DNA from: Lingula anatina
Taxonomy: Eukaryota; Animalia; Brachiopoda
Assembly: GCA_051362555.1 (NCBI GenBank)
Contig: CM120643.1
Coordinates: forward strand, 13,986,644-14,050,643
Length of the DNA: 64,000 nucleotides
Direction: 5' to 3'
Shown here: positions 33,121-44,837 of the stretch, in pieces
Layout of the letters: each line of letters begins with the position of its first letter
How positions within the stretch are numbered: the first letter of the stretch is position 1
Notes under the pieces: model-generated
Database searches by the model: none
What the model was told of the DNA's origin: nothing
What the model saw: the letters and a program-made list of their open reading frames with translations, nothing else
Position numbers and translations under genes: made by a program

Positions 33121-35550
33121 ATGTCTTCGTCAAGGGAAAGTTATAAAAACGCAATTAATGACGATCGAGTATTCGGATCAAATGGAAAGAATGTGACTTT
33201 GAACAAAGAAGGTACTTATAATGAATCCGATGAGGCCACAGATAATGATGGAGAAATGCAATTAGATGCAAGGGATCACAGTGTGAAGGTTGAAAATGGT
33301 TGTGGCGATATGAATTCACCTGAATTCAGTAATCATGCTGATACACTGTGCATCAGCATCAAGATTTCTGATGATTCGATTAACAAAAAATTGAGAAGAA
33401 AACCTTTGTGCCTTATCTGTGGTCCACCCAAAGGCATCTTAAAAACTGAATACACAAAACTTTCTTCTTATCCTGATGTTGAAAAAGAAATCCGTGGACT
33501 GTTGAAAATACTTTCTCCTCCTTGTGAATCAGATGCTTGTTGTGGCAGGTGTCTGGGTGTCATGAAAGATTTTTTGGCCCTGAAAAGGAAGATAATAGCC
33601 CTCCACATTGATGCACAGTTAGATCTACCAGACAGTCAAGGCGATGGGGAATCAGGAGAGGATCAGGAAATGAGTGATAGGGAAAATATGTCTTGCAATA
33701 CCAACAACCAAGATCAAAATAGTGAGGTGCTTATCAAACATGAAATAATTGACACCAGTTTTGGTGAGGACATTGGCCATAGCAAAGAAAGTGAAAGCCT
33801 AAAAAAGCATGAAAGAAATGCTAAGAAAACCCCCCTATGTTTGAAACCAAAAGTATACCATTGCTCTTACTGTGAAAGAACATTCAACAGGGAAAGTATA
33901 CATGCATTGCATGAAAGATCCCACACTGGTGCAAAGTTGCAACAGAGACCAAAAATATACAAGTGCTCCTACTGTGATAAAATACTGACAAATCAAAGTG
34001 CACTTACTGTGCATGAAATGATCCACACTGGTGATAGGTTCAAATGTAAACACTGTGAAAAATCCTTTACAAGGAAGAAAGACTTATTGGAGCACGATAA
34101 AACTCATAAATTAAAATGTTCTTATTGTGGTAAATCTTATAGGGGAACAAAAGCACTTGGGAAACATGAGAGGAATCACACTGTTGCACAATACCACTTG
34201 GAAATGGAAATATATCAGTGCTCTCAATGTAATGAAACATTTCGAAGGGAAAGTGAATTTTACTTGCATGAAATAAGTCACACTGCTGACAAAGTCAAAT
34301 GTAAATACTGTGAAGAAATTTTCTGTAAGAAAAGTGAGCTACTGGAGCATGATAAAATCCATGAATTGAAATGTTCTCTGTGTGAAAAGTCTTGTTGGGG
34401 AACACAGGCTCTTGACAAGCATGAGAGGATTCACACTGGTGATAAACCATATACTGCTGCAAAAAAGATAAAGTGCTCATACTGTGATGAAACTTTTACG
34501 GAAAGTGAACTCATTTTACATGAAAAATCTCACACCACTGATGGATTCAAATGCCTCGAGTGTGAAATGACATTTAGTGAAAAAGGTGATCTAACAAAGC
34601 ATGAAAAGTCACATGAATTTAAATGTTCTCATTGTGGAAGAACTTGTTGGGGAAAGAAAGCCCTTGACAAGCATGAGAAGTTTCACATTGTTGAAAAACC
34701 CTACAAATGCAACACCTGTGATAAGGCATTTCTATATAAAAGCATATGGCAGGACCACGAAAATACTCACACTGGGGTAAAACCTTATTTGTGCCAGTAT
34801 TGTACCAAAAGCTTTGCCCAAAGCTCGACTTTGAAATCACATGAATTGACCCAACACACTGGAGATAGACCACATAAATGTCAGTTCTGTGGACAGGGTT
34901 TTGCTCTAAAATTAGCCTGTGAAGAACATGAACGTTTTCACACGGGGGAAAAGCCTTTCAAGTGTGATCACTGTGACAAGAGATTTGTAAGGAAATCCAA
35001 TTGGAGAGATCATGTGAAAACCCACCTTGGAAATAAAACACAAATATGCTCATACTGTGGAAAAGGTTTCCGTGACAGGGGCTTGCTTGCTAGACATGAA
35101 AGGACTCACACTGGGGAGAGACCATTTAAATGCAAATACTGTGATAAGGCTTTCAAAAGAAAATTTCATTGCAGTACGCATGAAAAGACGCACGCTGGAA
35201 AGAAACTGGTTAGACAGGAGACAGCTGAAAATAAAGTGACAAGTCTAGCTGAAATTCACAAAAGCCAGCATGCTGAGGACAGCTTCAAGCGTGAAAACTC
35301 TGAAGGTTTGGAAATGAGTCAGCCGTCGGAGAGTTCATTCATCAGTCAACAGTTTGATAGCACATATAAACCCCAGCACAGCGAGAGCACATTCAATCCT
35401 CAGCACCCTGACAGTACATTAAGATCTCAGCACATGGAAACCTCATTTAGGGGTCCACACTCCAGTAATGTGTTCCCTACTCCAGAGCCTGTTTATTATG
35501 GAGAAAATCTAAATCCATATGGGCATAACGTGTATATGCCAGGGGTGTGA
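33121..35550 (+). CDS. ZNF6: ZAD-like C2H2 zinc-finger protein (809 aa, 16 fingers; two in-frame internal deletions relative to ZNF3-5)
   Basis: Single ORF. Junctions HERSHTG|AKLQQRPK and HEMIHTGDR|FKC skip 2 and 3 fingers. Tail ...VYMPGV*. Confidence 0.92.
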   Translation: MSSSRESYKNAINDDRVFGSNGKNVTLNKEGTYNESDEATDNDGEMQLDARDHSVKVENGCGDMNSPEFSNHADTLCISIKISDDSINKKLRRKPLCLICGPPKGILKTEYTKLSSYPDVEKEIRGLLKILSPPCESDACCGRCLGVMKDFLALKRKIIALHIDAQLDLPDSQGDGESGEDQEMSDRENMSCNTNNQDQNSEVLIKHEIIDTSFGEDIGHSKESESLKKHERNAKKTPLCLKPKVYHCSYCERTFNRESIHALHERSHTGAKLQQRPKIYKCSYCDKILTNQSALTVHEMIHTGDRFKCKHCEKSFTRKKDLLEHDKTHKLKCSYCGKSYRGTKALGKHERNHTVAQYHLEMEIYQCSQCNETFRRESEFYLHEISHTADKVKCKYCEEIFCKKSELLEHDKIHELKCSLCEKSCWGTQALDKHERIHTGDKPYTAAKKIKCSYCDETFTESELILHEKSHTTDGFKCLECEMTFSEKGDLTKHEKSHEFKCSHCGRTCWGKKALDKHEKFHIVEKPYKCNTCDKAFLYKSIWQDHENTHTGVKPYLCQYCTKSFAQSSTLKSHELTQHTGDRPHKCQFCGQGFALKLACEEHERFHTGEKPFKCDHCDKRFVRKSNWRDHVKTHLGNKTQICSYCGKGFRDRGLLARHERTHTGERPFKCKYCDKAFKRKFHCSTHEKTHAGKKLVRQETAENKVTSLAEIHKSQHAEDSFKRENSEGLEMSQPSESSFISQQFDSTYKPQHSESTFNPQHPDSTLRSQHMETSFRGPHSSNVFPTPEPVYYGENLNPYGHNVYMPGV

Positions 35551-36307
35551 TGTTGCACTGCACATGTATTTACAAAAGTGAAACCAACTGCTCTGACAAA
35601 ATGTGTTCATTTCTACAATGAAGCATTGAAGAAATGTGTTAAAGCCATTTAAAGTAATTTGCTTCATACTCAAGGCTGTTAATTAGTAAATTAAAAATAA
35701 CTGAAGTTCAGAAGTTGTCAAAATTAGACTTAAACATATTGCAATTTCTTAAATTAAAATCTGATTAATTTAGATATAACTTAGAGCAAAATACTTTTAA
35801 GTTCTTTTAGTTCTTTTCATGTTTTATCTTTTGTCATATAGTAGAGGTCTGGGCTTTGTCTTTTATATTTAACAGTACTTTTGGCCCTGGGCACCTTAAA
35901 GGGGGAAAAGAGTGGGAAAAGATCAAAAAGCTCAGGAGTGTTCCACCCACCCTGCCTCAGTTAACGGTCCTGTATGATTTTTAGAACTGATGTTATGGTT
36001 TCTCAAAGTTCTTATAAGAATTGAGTTTTATTTGCTTATTATTTTATTTATTTTGCAAAATTTAGACTTATAATAAAGAAGTAAAGTTTTATATGCAAAG
36101 TTTTGTCATCACGTCAATATGAATATAGTGCAATATTGACCGCATTCACAACGAGTTGAGCCATGGCTCTACAATCCACGAACTATGGCGGACGTACATG
36201 AAATAAAAACCGCCTAATCTTTTAATAGTCTCTCTGCAATAACAAGGGGCAGGAAAAAAATTCATTTTCGGTATCTGGATGATAATAAACCCTTACAATA
36301 TCCTTAA

Positions 36308-36643
36308 AGGGATAATAACTCTTCATATGAGATCTATATTTCACAATAAAAACATTGTGAATAAGTCAAAGAAATATATATTTTGTTTTACGACAAAAAC
36401 AGCAGTTATGGCTATTATTCTGATATCTGAGCTTGTCTTCAGATCACGTGACCTCCATTGATGGCTATACTCTGTTATAATCTCTGAAGAGATTTTAACA
36501 AAAAACCAAACTTTTTATGTAAAAATTTTTTTATGTAACTTTGAATGTAAAAATGGATTCATTAACCATTTGTTAGTATGGGAAAATTGTTGTTTATTCC
36601 AGGAAAATTCATTTTTTGGCCAAAATGAAGAGTTATTATCCCT
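36308..36643. mobile_element. Kolobok-like non-autonomous DNA transposon (TTAA TSD)
   Basis: Perfect 19-bp TIR AGGGATAATAACTCTTCAT / ATGAAGAGTTATTATCCCT between TTAA copies. Confidence 0.85.
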
Positions 36644-37577
36644 TTAAGGAAGTTTAGTATCGGGGTTTACATAATTTACATTAAAATATAGACATTACAA
36701 TTGGATGCGTGGGTAATCGTCTGACTCATGACAGATCCTTAACAGCTATCTCAAGTAATTAAAAGAAAGGAAAAAGGAATAACCAAATGTTAAAAAAAAG
36801 TTTACCAGCTCCCCCAACCTTCAGATAGCCCAGATCGACCCACCTTTGAATTTACACGAGCTTCTTCTTTATATAATTAAAACTTATGGAGAGGAGTTGA
36901 ACTGTAAAAAGAGTCATTCAGCTATAGTTATTGTCAACCCCCCTCCCTTTTCAGTTTATATAACAAAAAGCTTAAAATATAATTAAATGAAATGTTGCAT
37001 CTCATTCATGTAGGCTATGAAAGTGATGCACTCGCAATAAATTTCAGGGGCCATCCCTGAAATCATAGATCTACACCGTGCAGTGATGTGGGTGTCTTAG
37101 CTAAAAAAAAACAAAAAAAAAAAACAATAATAATAATAAAACAAGACAGGCTATACTACAGAATGTGTGTATATTGCTGATTTATTAAATCATGTTGTAT
37201 TTTTATATAATTTGGGTAATTTACGTAGTGTTTTTCAGCATAAATAAACAAAAAACAAAGGAAAGACCGAAGCACTTGTAAAAAAAATGAAAATAACTCT
37301 ATTTCATACGATCGATAGACAGTACTTTCCCTTTAATAGCACTTTCAATATTGCTTTGCTGAATCTCAAATCGTTAGAACAGAACGACCAGTTAGGGGGT
37401 TTGTACTACATTTTAAAGGCCACTGCTTGGAAAGTTCACACATAGCAAGGTTGAGGGTAAGATGACGTCAAGTCAGAATCAATTTCATGCTGCAAATTTC
37501 CATCTTAAAGAAGATCTCGAGCAAATAAAAAAAGGCTAGATCTACCAGTAGAACGGCCACTACTGCTGAGTGCTGTT

Positions 37578-40118
37578 ATGTCGTCAAGAGAAATTGAGAA
37601 AAACGCTGTTGATCACGGCCAAGTATGCGGAACAGGTGGAGAGGATGAGGCTTTGAATAAAGAAGGTAATGAATCTGATGATGCTACAGATAATGATGGA
37701 GAAATGCAACTAGAGATAGAGAATCACAGTATGAAGAAAGAAAACGATTGTTACGATATGAAAGCATTAGGTTCATCTGAACTCAGTCATGACGCTGATA
37801 CACTGTGCATTAACAGCAAGATTTCCGATGATTGGATTAACAAGACATTGCAAAGGAAAGCCTTGTGTCTTATTTGTGGCCCACCTAAAGGCATTGTAAA
37901 GACTGAATACACAAAACTTTTTTCTTGCCCTGATGTTGAAAAAGAAATCCGTGAACTGTTAAAAATACTTTCTCCTTCCCATGAATCAGATGCTTGTTGT
38001 AGTAGATGTCTGAGTTTAATGAAAACTTTTATGACCCTTAAGAAAGATTTTCTGAAAATGAAGTGGAAAATAACTGCACTTCACATTGATGCACATGTAG
38101 AACTACCAAACAAACACGACTATAAGGAATCGGAAGAAGGGGATCATGAAATGGGTGATACTGAAAATGAGTCTTGCAATACCAACAGCCAAGAACAAAA
38201 CAGTGAGGTGCATATCAAACATGAAATGATTGACATAGGTTTTGGTGAAGAAAATGGTCAGAACGAAGTTGGGGAAAGCCTTAAAAAGCACGAAAGCAAT
38301 GATAAGAAAACCACATACTTGAAACCAAAAGTATACAACTGCTCATATTGTGAAAGAACATTCAACAGGGCAAATACATGTGCTATGCATGAAAGAGCTC
38401 ACAATGGTGAAATAAATTTTAAATGCGAATACTGTGAAATGTCATTTACCAGGAAAACTGATCTGAGGGAGCATGGTAGAGTTCATGAGCTGAAATGCTC
38501 ATATTGTGGAAAATCTTGTTGGGGGCCCAGAGCTCTGAAGAGACATGAATTAGAAATTCACATTGCAAGGTCACAGCAGGACGCAAAAGCATACAAGTGT
38601 TCACATTGTGATAAAGTACTGACCAGGAAAAATGCATTTGTTGTGCATGAAATGATCCACACCGTTAAACCTTGTGGGGGAGCAAGAACTCTTAGGAAAC
38701 GTGAGAGGAAACCCACTGTTTTGCAACAACACACAGGAACGAAAATATATCAGTGCTCTCATTGTAATGAATCATTTCGAAGGGAAATCGAATTTTTCTT
38801 GCATGAAATAAGTCACACTGCTGACAAAGTCAAATGTAAACACTGTGAAGAAATTTTCAGTAAGAAAAGTGAGCTACTGGAGCATGATAAAATCCATGAA
38901 CTGAAATGTTGTCATTGTGGAAAGTCTTTTTGGGGAACATGGGCTCTTGACAAGCATGAGAGGATTCACACTGGTGATAAACCATATACCACTGTAAAAA
39001 AGATAAAGTGTTCATACTGTGATGAAACTTTTACAAAAAGTGAATTTGTTTTGCATGAAAAATGTCACACTGTTGATGGATTCAAATGCCTGCAGTGTGA
39101 AAAAACATTTACCAAAAGCGATGATCTAGCAAAGCATGAAAAATCACATGAATTTAAATGTTCTCATTGTGGAAGAACTTGTTGGGGAAAGAAAGCCCTT
39201 GACAAGCATGAGAGGTTTCACACTGTTGAAAAACCATACAAATGCAACAGCTGTGATAAGTCATTTTTATACAAAAGCTTATTGCAGGACCACAAAAATA
39301 CACACACAGGAGAAAAACCTTATTTGTGCCAGTACTGTACCAAAAGCTTTGCAAAATATTCAACTTTGAGATCACATGAAATGACCCAACACACTGGAGA
39401 TAGACCACACAAATGCCAGTACTGTGGACAGGGCTTTGCTGTTAAATTAGCCTGTGATGAACATGAACGTTTCCACACTGGTGAAAAGCCTTTTAAGTGT
39501 GATCACTGTGACAAAAGATTTGTAAGGAAATCCAATTGGAGAAATCATGTGAAAGCCCACCTTGGAATAAAACCACAAATATGCTCATACTGTGGAAAAG
39601 GTTTTCGTGACAGAGGCATGTTGGGTAGACATGAAAGGACTCACACTGGGGAGAGACCATTTAAATGCAAGTACTGTGATAAGGCATTCAATAGAAAATC
39701 TCATTGCAATACACATGAAAAGAGGCACACTGGAGAGAAACCAGTTAAACAGTGGTCATCTGAGAATGATGTTAAAAGTTTAGCTAAAATTCACAAAAGT
39801 CAGCATGCTAAAGACAGCTTTAACAGTGAGAATTCTGATGGTTTGAAAATGAGTCAGCAGTTGGACAGTTCATTCATCAGTCAGCAGTTTGATAGCACAT
39901 ATAGACCCCAGCACAGTGAGAGCACATTCAGACCTCAGCACACTAACAGTGCACTTAAAATTCAGCACAAGGAAATTCCATTGAGGGGTCCACACTCCAG
40001 TAATGTGTTCCCTACTCCAGAGCCTGTTTATCATGGAGATAATCTTACACCCCATTCTCATAGATTAGATCGACCTACATTGGATCGACCTAACTCCCTG
40101 GGGGTTCACGCTAAATAG
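37578..40118 (+). CDS. ZNF7: ZAD-like C2H2 zinc-finger protein (846 aa, 16 fingers + one remnant); last ~23 aa are MITE-derived
   Basis: Single ORF that reads into the insertion at 40048. The original end YPSGHNVYMPGV* is stranded at 40265-40303. Confidence 0.9.
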   Translation: MSSREIEKNAVDHGQVCGTGGEDEALNKEGNESDDATDNDGEMQLEIENHSMKKENDCYDMKALGSSELSHDADTLCINSKISDDWINKTLQRKALCLICGPPKGIVKTEYTKLFSCPDVEKEIRELLKILSPSHESDACCSRCLSLMKTFMTLKKDFLKMKWKITALHIDAHVELPNKHDYKESEEGDHEMGDTENESCNTNSQEQNSEVHIKHEMIDIGFGEENGQNEVGESLKKHESNDKKTTYLKPKVYNCSYCERTFNRANTCAMHERAHNGEINFKCEYCEMSFTRKTDLREHGRVHELKCSYCGKSCWGPRALKRHELEIHIARSQQDAKAYKCSHCDKVLTRKNAFVVHEMIHTVKPCGGARTLRKRERKPTVLQQHTGTKIYQCSHCNESFRREIEFFLHEISHTADKVKCKHCEEIFSKKSELLEHDKIHELKCCHCGKSFWGTWALDKHERIHTGDKPYTTVKKIKCSYCDETFTKSEFVLHEKCHTVDGFKCLQCEKTFTKSDDLAKHEKSHEFKCSHCGRTCWGKKALDKHERFHTVEKPYKCNSCDKSFLYKSLLQDHKNTHTGEKPYLCQYCTKSFAKYSTLRSHEMTQHTGDRPHKCQYCGQGFAVKLACDEHERFHTGEKPFKCDHCDKRFVRKSNWRNHVKAHLGIKPQICSYCGKGFRDRGMLGRHERTHTGERPFKCKYCDKAFNRKSHCNTHEKRHTGEKPVKQWSSENDVKSLAKIHKSQHAKDSFNSENSDGLKMSQQLDSSFISQQFDSTYRPQHSESTFRPQHTNSALKIQHKEIPLRGPHSSNVFPTPEPVYHGDNLTPHSHRLDRPTLDRPNSLGVHAK

Positions 40119-40262
40119 CTGTCAGCCGGGCGAACACGAAAGTTAATTACCCCTTAAAGCTTGTAGTAGGCGGGGACGGACACTTAAGGGGGATTATCTG
40201 ACAGTAATCTAGTGAGACTCCCCGCGGTGATAGATCGATCTAAAAGTTGTGAGAACAGAGCC
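40048..40262. mobile_element. Harbinger/Tourist-like MITE inserted in the ZNF7 coding tail
   Basis: Colinear with 18644-18870 (GATCGACCTAACTCCCTGGGGGTTCACGCTAAAT...CTAGTGAGACTCCCCGC). It interrupts sequence that is contiguous in ZNF5/6. Preceded by TTA; the right TSD is ambiguous. Confidence 0.85.
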
Positions 40263-41332
40263 TATATCCTTCTGGGCATAATGTGTATATGCCAGGGGTG
40301 TGATGTTGCACTGCACATGTATTTATGAAGTGAAACCCACTGCTCTGGAGACATGTTAAGGATATTCATACAGTAAAGTGCTTGCTTCATACTTAAGGCT
40401 ATTACTAGTAATTGCTAAATTTAAAATACTTGAAAGTTCAGAAGTCAGCTGTCAGAAGTAGGTGCTGAAAATTTTTTATTTGTAATTTTTTATTTGTGAT
40501 TGATCTGCAGATCTAACAAAATACTAGTCAGAAGTTTTAGTTCGTGTTTTATCTTTATGTCATATAGTTGAGATCTGGGCTTAAAAAAAAGTACTTTGGT
40601 CCTGTGCACTTTAAAAGAGGAGAAAGAGAGGAAATGCATAGCCCTCCAAATCCAGCTGATCCTATTTCAATGTAGTTAAAAGTACATTGCTCCTGGAGAG
40701 GCTGAATGAAGGAAGTGATAGAGACTTCTGATGAGCTGACAGAAAATAAAAAACTAACTTCTTAAGGATAAAAAAAATTATAAAAAAATTAAAAAAAAAA
40801 CAAAAAAACTTGGAGGTGCTCCACCCTCCCTCCACATTTTACAGCCCTGTGTGAGTAAGAACTGATGTTATGGTTACTTACAGTTCTTATAATGATTGAG
40901 TTTTATTTGCTAATTATTTCTTCTTGTAGGAGGTACATGTAGACTTAAAATAAACAAGTTAAGTTTATATACAAAGTGTTGATGCTACATCATTATATTG
41001 CAGTTATATATATTATAGATTCTGTAGAACTTGGGACTACAAAAATGGGGGGTAAGGGGCAGGGTAGTTTTGTAATGGTATCACTATGGTACGCAGGGTT
41101 AAAAGAAAGCGTCTTCAATAAAAGGTTTTAAAGAAATTCAGTAAAAGAGTTTACATGTTTTACTTTAAAACAGATCTTACAATAGGATTTGTGGGTAATC
41201 ATTTGAGTCATGACCAATTTTTAACAGCTATCTCAAATAATTTTAAAAAAAGGAAAAAAAGGAACCAAATATTTAAAAAAATGTTAACTAACTCTCCCAC
41301 CTCCAGATAGCCCACATCCGCCTTCCAATTTA

Positions 41333-41376
<44 letters not shown>

Positions 41377-41975
41377 TATATAATTAAAATGATGGAGAGG
41401 AGTTGAAATGGAAAAAAAGTTATTCAGGTATAGTTATTGTCACCCCCCTTTCCAGTTTATACAACAAAAATCTTAAAATCTAATTAAATGAAATGTTGTA
41501 TCTCAATACATGTACGTAAGTGATGTGCTTGCAATAACATCCATGACGTCATACACTGCAGTGATGTGGGTGTATTAGCTAAAAAGAACCAAGACGGGCT
41601 TAACTTTTAGATGTGCGCATGTTGCCTATTTGTGACAAAGTGTTATAGTTTTCCATGATCTGGATAGTTTTCTTTTTTTATATAGTAGTCTGTGCTATAA
41701 ATAAACGAAGAAAACATCTATGCGCTTGTCAAAGAAATGAAATAACTATAATTTATACGATCGATAGACAACACTTTCCCTTTTATAGCACTTAAATGTT
41801 TTTCTGAATCTTTAGAACAGAACGAAATGCTTTTTCAAGGCCACTTCCTTGGAAGTTCACTCATAGCAAGTATGAGGGTGAGATGACGTCATTCGTACCG
41901 CAAATTTCCATTTTAAAGAAGATCTCGATCTAGAAAAGGCTGACCATACCGCAATCAATACTGCTAAATTCTGTC

Positions 41976-44837
41976 ATGTCTTCGTTAATAGAAAGTAAGG
42001 GTTTTAAGGAAAACGCTATTGGTCACGACCAAGTATGCGGAACAGATAGAGAGGATGAGACTTTGAATAAAGAAGGCAATGAATCTGATGAGGCTACGGA
42101 TAATGATGGAGAAATGCAACTAGAGACAGAGAATAATAGTATGAAGGGAGAAAACGTTCATTGTGATATGAAAGCATTAGGTTCATCTGAACTCAGTCAT
42201 GACGCTGATACACTGTGCATTAACAGCAAGATTTCCGATGATTGGATTAACAAGACATTGCAAAGGAAAGCCTTGTGTCTTATTTGTGGCCCACCTAAAG
42301 GCACTGTAAAGACTGAATACACAAAACTTTCTTCTTGTCCTGATGTTGAAAAAGAAATTCGTGAACTGTTAAAAATACTCTCTCCTCCTCGTGAATCAGA
42401 TGCTTGTTGTAGTAGATGTCTGAGTTTAATGAAAACTTTTATGACCCTTAAGAAAGATTTTCTGGAAATGAAGTGGAAAATAACTGCACTTCACATCGAT
42501 GCACATGTAGAGCTACCTGACAAACATGGCTATGAGGAATCAGATGAAGATAATAATGAAATGAGTGATACAGAAAATGAGTCTTGCAATACCAACAGCC
42601 AAGAACAAAACAGTGAGGTGTTAGTCAAACATGAAATAATTGAAATTGGTTTTGGTGAAGAAAACGTTCAGAATGAAGTAGGGAAAAGCATTAAAAAGCA
42701 TGAAAGCAATGATAAGAAAACCCCTTACTTGAAACCAAAAGTATACCACTGCTCTTATTGTGAAAGAACATTCAACAGGGCAAATACACATGCTTTGCAT
42801 GAAAGATCTCACACCGGTGAAACAAATTTTAAATGTGAGCACTGTGAAATGTCATTTAGTAAGACAACTGATCTGAGGGAGCATGGTAGAGTTCATGAAC
42901 TGAAATGCTCATATTGTGGAAAATCTTGTTGGGGGCCCAGAGCTCTGAACAGACATGAGGAAACGCACATTGCTAAGCTGCACCAGGGCCCAAAAGTATA
43001 CAAGTGCTCCCACTGTGATAAAATACTGACTAGGAAAAGTGCACTTGTTTTGCATGAAATGATCCACACTGGTGATCGACTCAAATGTAAACACTGTGAA
43101 AAATCTTTTACAAAAAAGGATGATCTTTTGGAGCATGAAAAAATCCATGAACTGAAATGCTCTCATTGTGGTAAATCTTGTTGGGGAACAAGAGCCCTTT
43201 ATAAGCATGAGAAAATTCATGCTGAGGAAAAAATGGACAACAGTACAGAAATAATTAAGTGCTCATATTGTGATAAAACATTTACTAAAAAGAGTGCACT
43301 TGTATTACATGAAATGATTCACACTGATGATAGACTCAAATGTAAACAATGTGAAAAATCCTTTACAAGAAAGGAAGCGTTATTGGACCATGAAAAAATT
43401 CATGAATTGAAATGTTCTTACTGTGGTAAATCTTGTAGGGGAACGAGGGCTCTTATCAAGCACGAAAGGATTCACTCTGTTGGAAAACGCCAGATGGAAA
43501 CGAAAGTGTACGAGTGCTCTCATTGTGATGAAACATTTCGCAGGGAAAGTGAATTTTTCTTGCATGAAATAAGTCACACTGCTGACAAATTGAAATGTAA
43601 ACACTGTGAGGAAATTTTTAGTAAGAAAAGTGAGCTACTGGAGCATGATAAAATCCATGAACTGAAATGCTGTCAGTGTGGAAAGTCTTTTTGGGGAACA
43701 CGGGCTCTTGACAAGCATGAGAGGGTTCACACTGGTGATAAACCATACACCACTGCAAAAAAGATAAAGTGCGCATACTGTGATGATAGTTTCACAAAAA
43801 GTGAACTTGTTTTGCATGAAAAAACTCACACTGCTGATGGATACAAATGCCTTCAGTGTGAAAAGATATTCGTCAAAAGAGAGGATCTAGTGAAACATGA
43901 AAAATTACATGAATTCAAATGTTCACACTGTGGTAAATCATGCTGGGGGATGAAAGATCTTGCAAAGCATGAGAAAATTCACACTTTGGAGAAACCATAC
44001 AATTGCAAAATATGTGAAAAAGCATTTGCCTATAGGAGAACTTTGGAAAGGCATGAAATCACACACTCTGGAGATAAACCATTTTTATGTCAGTACTGTA
44101 CCAAAAGCTTTGCCCAGAGTTCAACTTTAAAATCACATGAAAGGACCCAACACACTGGAGAGAGGCCACACAAATGTCAGTACTGTGATAGAGGGTTTCC
44201 AACCAGATTAGCATGTGAAGAACATGAACGCTTTCACACTGGCGAGAAACCATTTGGTTGTGATTTATGTGACAAAAGATTCATAAGAAGATCTAACTGG
44301 AGAGATCATATAAAGACTCACCTTGCAATTAAACCACAAGTTTGCTCTTTCTGTGGCAAAAGATTTCGGGACAAAAGCACATGTGTTATACATGAAAGAA
44401 CTCACACTGGAGAGAGGCCATTCAGATGTAAATACTGTGACAAAACATTCATAAGAAAATCTAATTGCAATGAACACGAAAAAAGTCACACTGGAAGAAA
44501 AGTATTCAAAGATCGATTTAATTGTAAAAAAGTGAGGGGTCTAGATAAAAGGGAGAAAAATCAGCAAAAAGAGGATGGCATCAATGATGAGAACTCTGAT
44601 GATTTGATTTTGAGTCAGCAGTTGGACAGTTCATTCATCAGTCAACAGTTTGATAGCACACATAGACCCCAGCACAGTGAGAGTACATTCAGACCTCAGC
44701 ACACTGACAGTACATTTAGATCTCAGCACATGGAAACCTCATTTAGGGGTCCACACTCCAGTAATGTGTTCCCTACTCCAGAGGGTGTTTATCATGGAGA
44801 TAACCCAAATCCTTATATGTACATGCCAGGGATGTGA
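41976..44837 (+). CDS. ZNF8: ZAD-like C2H2 zinc-finger protein (953 aa, 21 fingers)
   Basis: Single ORF with CLIC...CCSRC, VKHE, 5 triplets + 6 core fingers, and tail PNPYMYMPGM*. Confidence 0.93.
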   Translation: MSSLIESKGFKENAIGHDQVCGTDREDETLNKEGNESDEATDNDGEMQLETENNSMKGENVHCDMKALGSSELSHDADTLCINSKISDDWINKTLQRKALCLICGPPKGTVKTEYTKLSSCPDVEKEIRELLKILSPPRESDACCSRCLSLMKTFMTLKKDFLEMKWKITALHIDAHVELPDKHGYEESDEDNNEMSDTENESCNTNSQEQNSEVLVKHEIIEIGFGEENVQNEVGKSIKKHESNDKKTPYLKPKVYHCSYCERTFNRANTHALHERSHTGETNFKCEHCEMSFSKTTDLREHGRVHELKCSYCGKSCWGPRALNRHEETHIAKLHQGPKVYKCSHCDKILTRKSALVLHEMIHTGDRLKCKHCEKSFTKKDDLLEHEKIHELKCSHCGKSCWGTRALYKHEKIHAEEKMDNSTEIIKCSYCDKTFTKKSALVLHEMIHTDDRLKCKQCEKSFTRKEALLDHEKIHELKCSYCGKSCRGTRALIKHERIHSVGKRQMETKVYECSHCDETFRRESEFFLHEISHTADKLKCKHCEEIFSKKSELLEHDKIHELKCCQCGKSFWGTRALDKHERVHTGDKPYTTAKKIKCAYCDDSFTKSELVLHEKTHTADGYKCLQCEKIFVKREDLVKHEKLHEFKCSHCGKSCWGMKDLAKHEKIHTLEKPYNCKICEKAFAYRRTLERHEITHSGDKPFLCQYCTKSFAQSSTLKSHERTQHTGERPHKCQYCDRGFPTRLACEEHERFHTGEKPFGCDLCDKRFIRRSNWRDHIKTHLAIKPQVCSFCGKRFRDKSTCVIHERTHTGERPFRCKYCDKTFIRKSNCNEHEKSHTGRKVFKDRFNCKKVRGLDKREKNQQKEDGINDENSDDLILSQQLDSSFISQQFDSTHRPQHSESTFRPQHTDSTFRSQHMETSFRGPHSSNVFPTPEGVYHGDNPNPYMYMPGM

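Noticed and set aside
5598-44489. Many antisense and off-frame 60-190 aa ORFs over the ZNF genes
   Set aside because: Shadow ORFs of repetitive finger codons, with no domain features.
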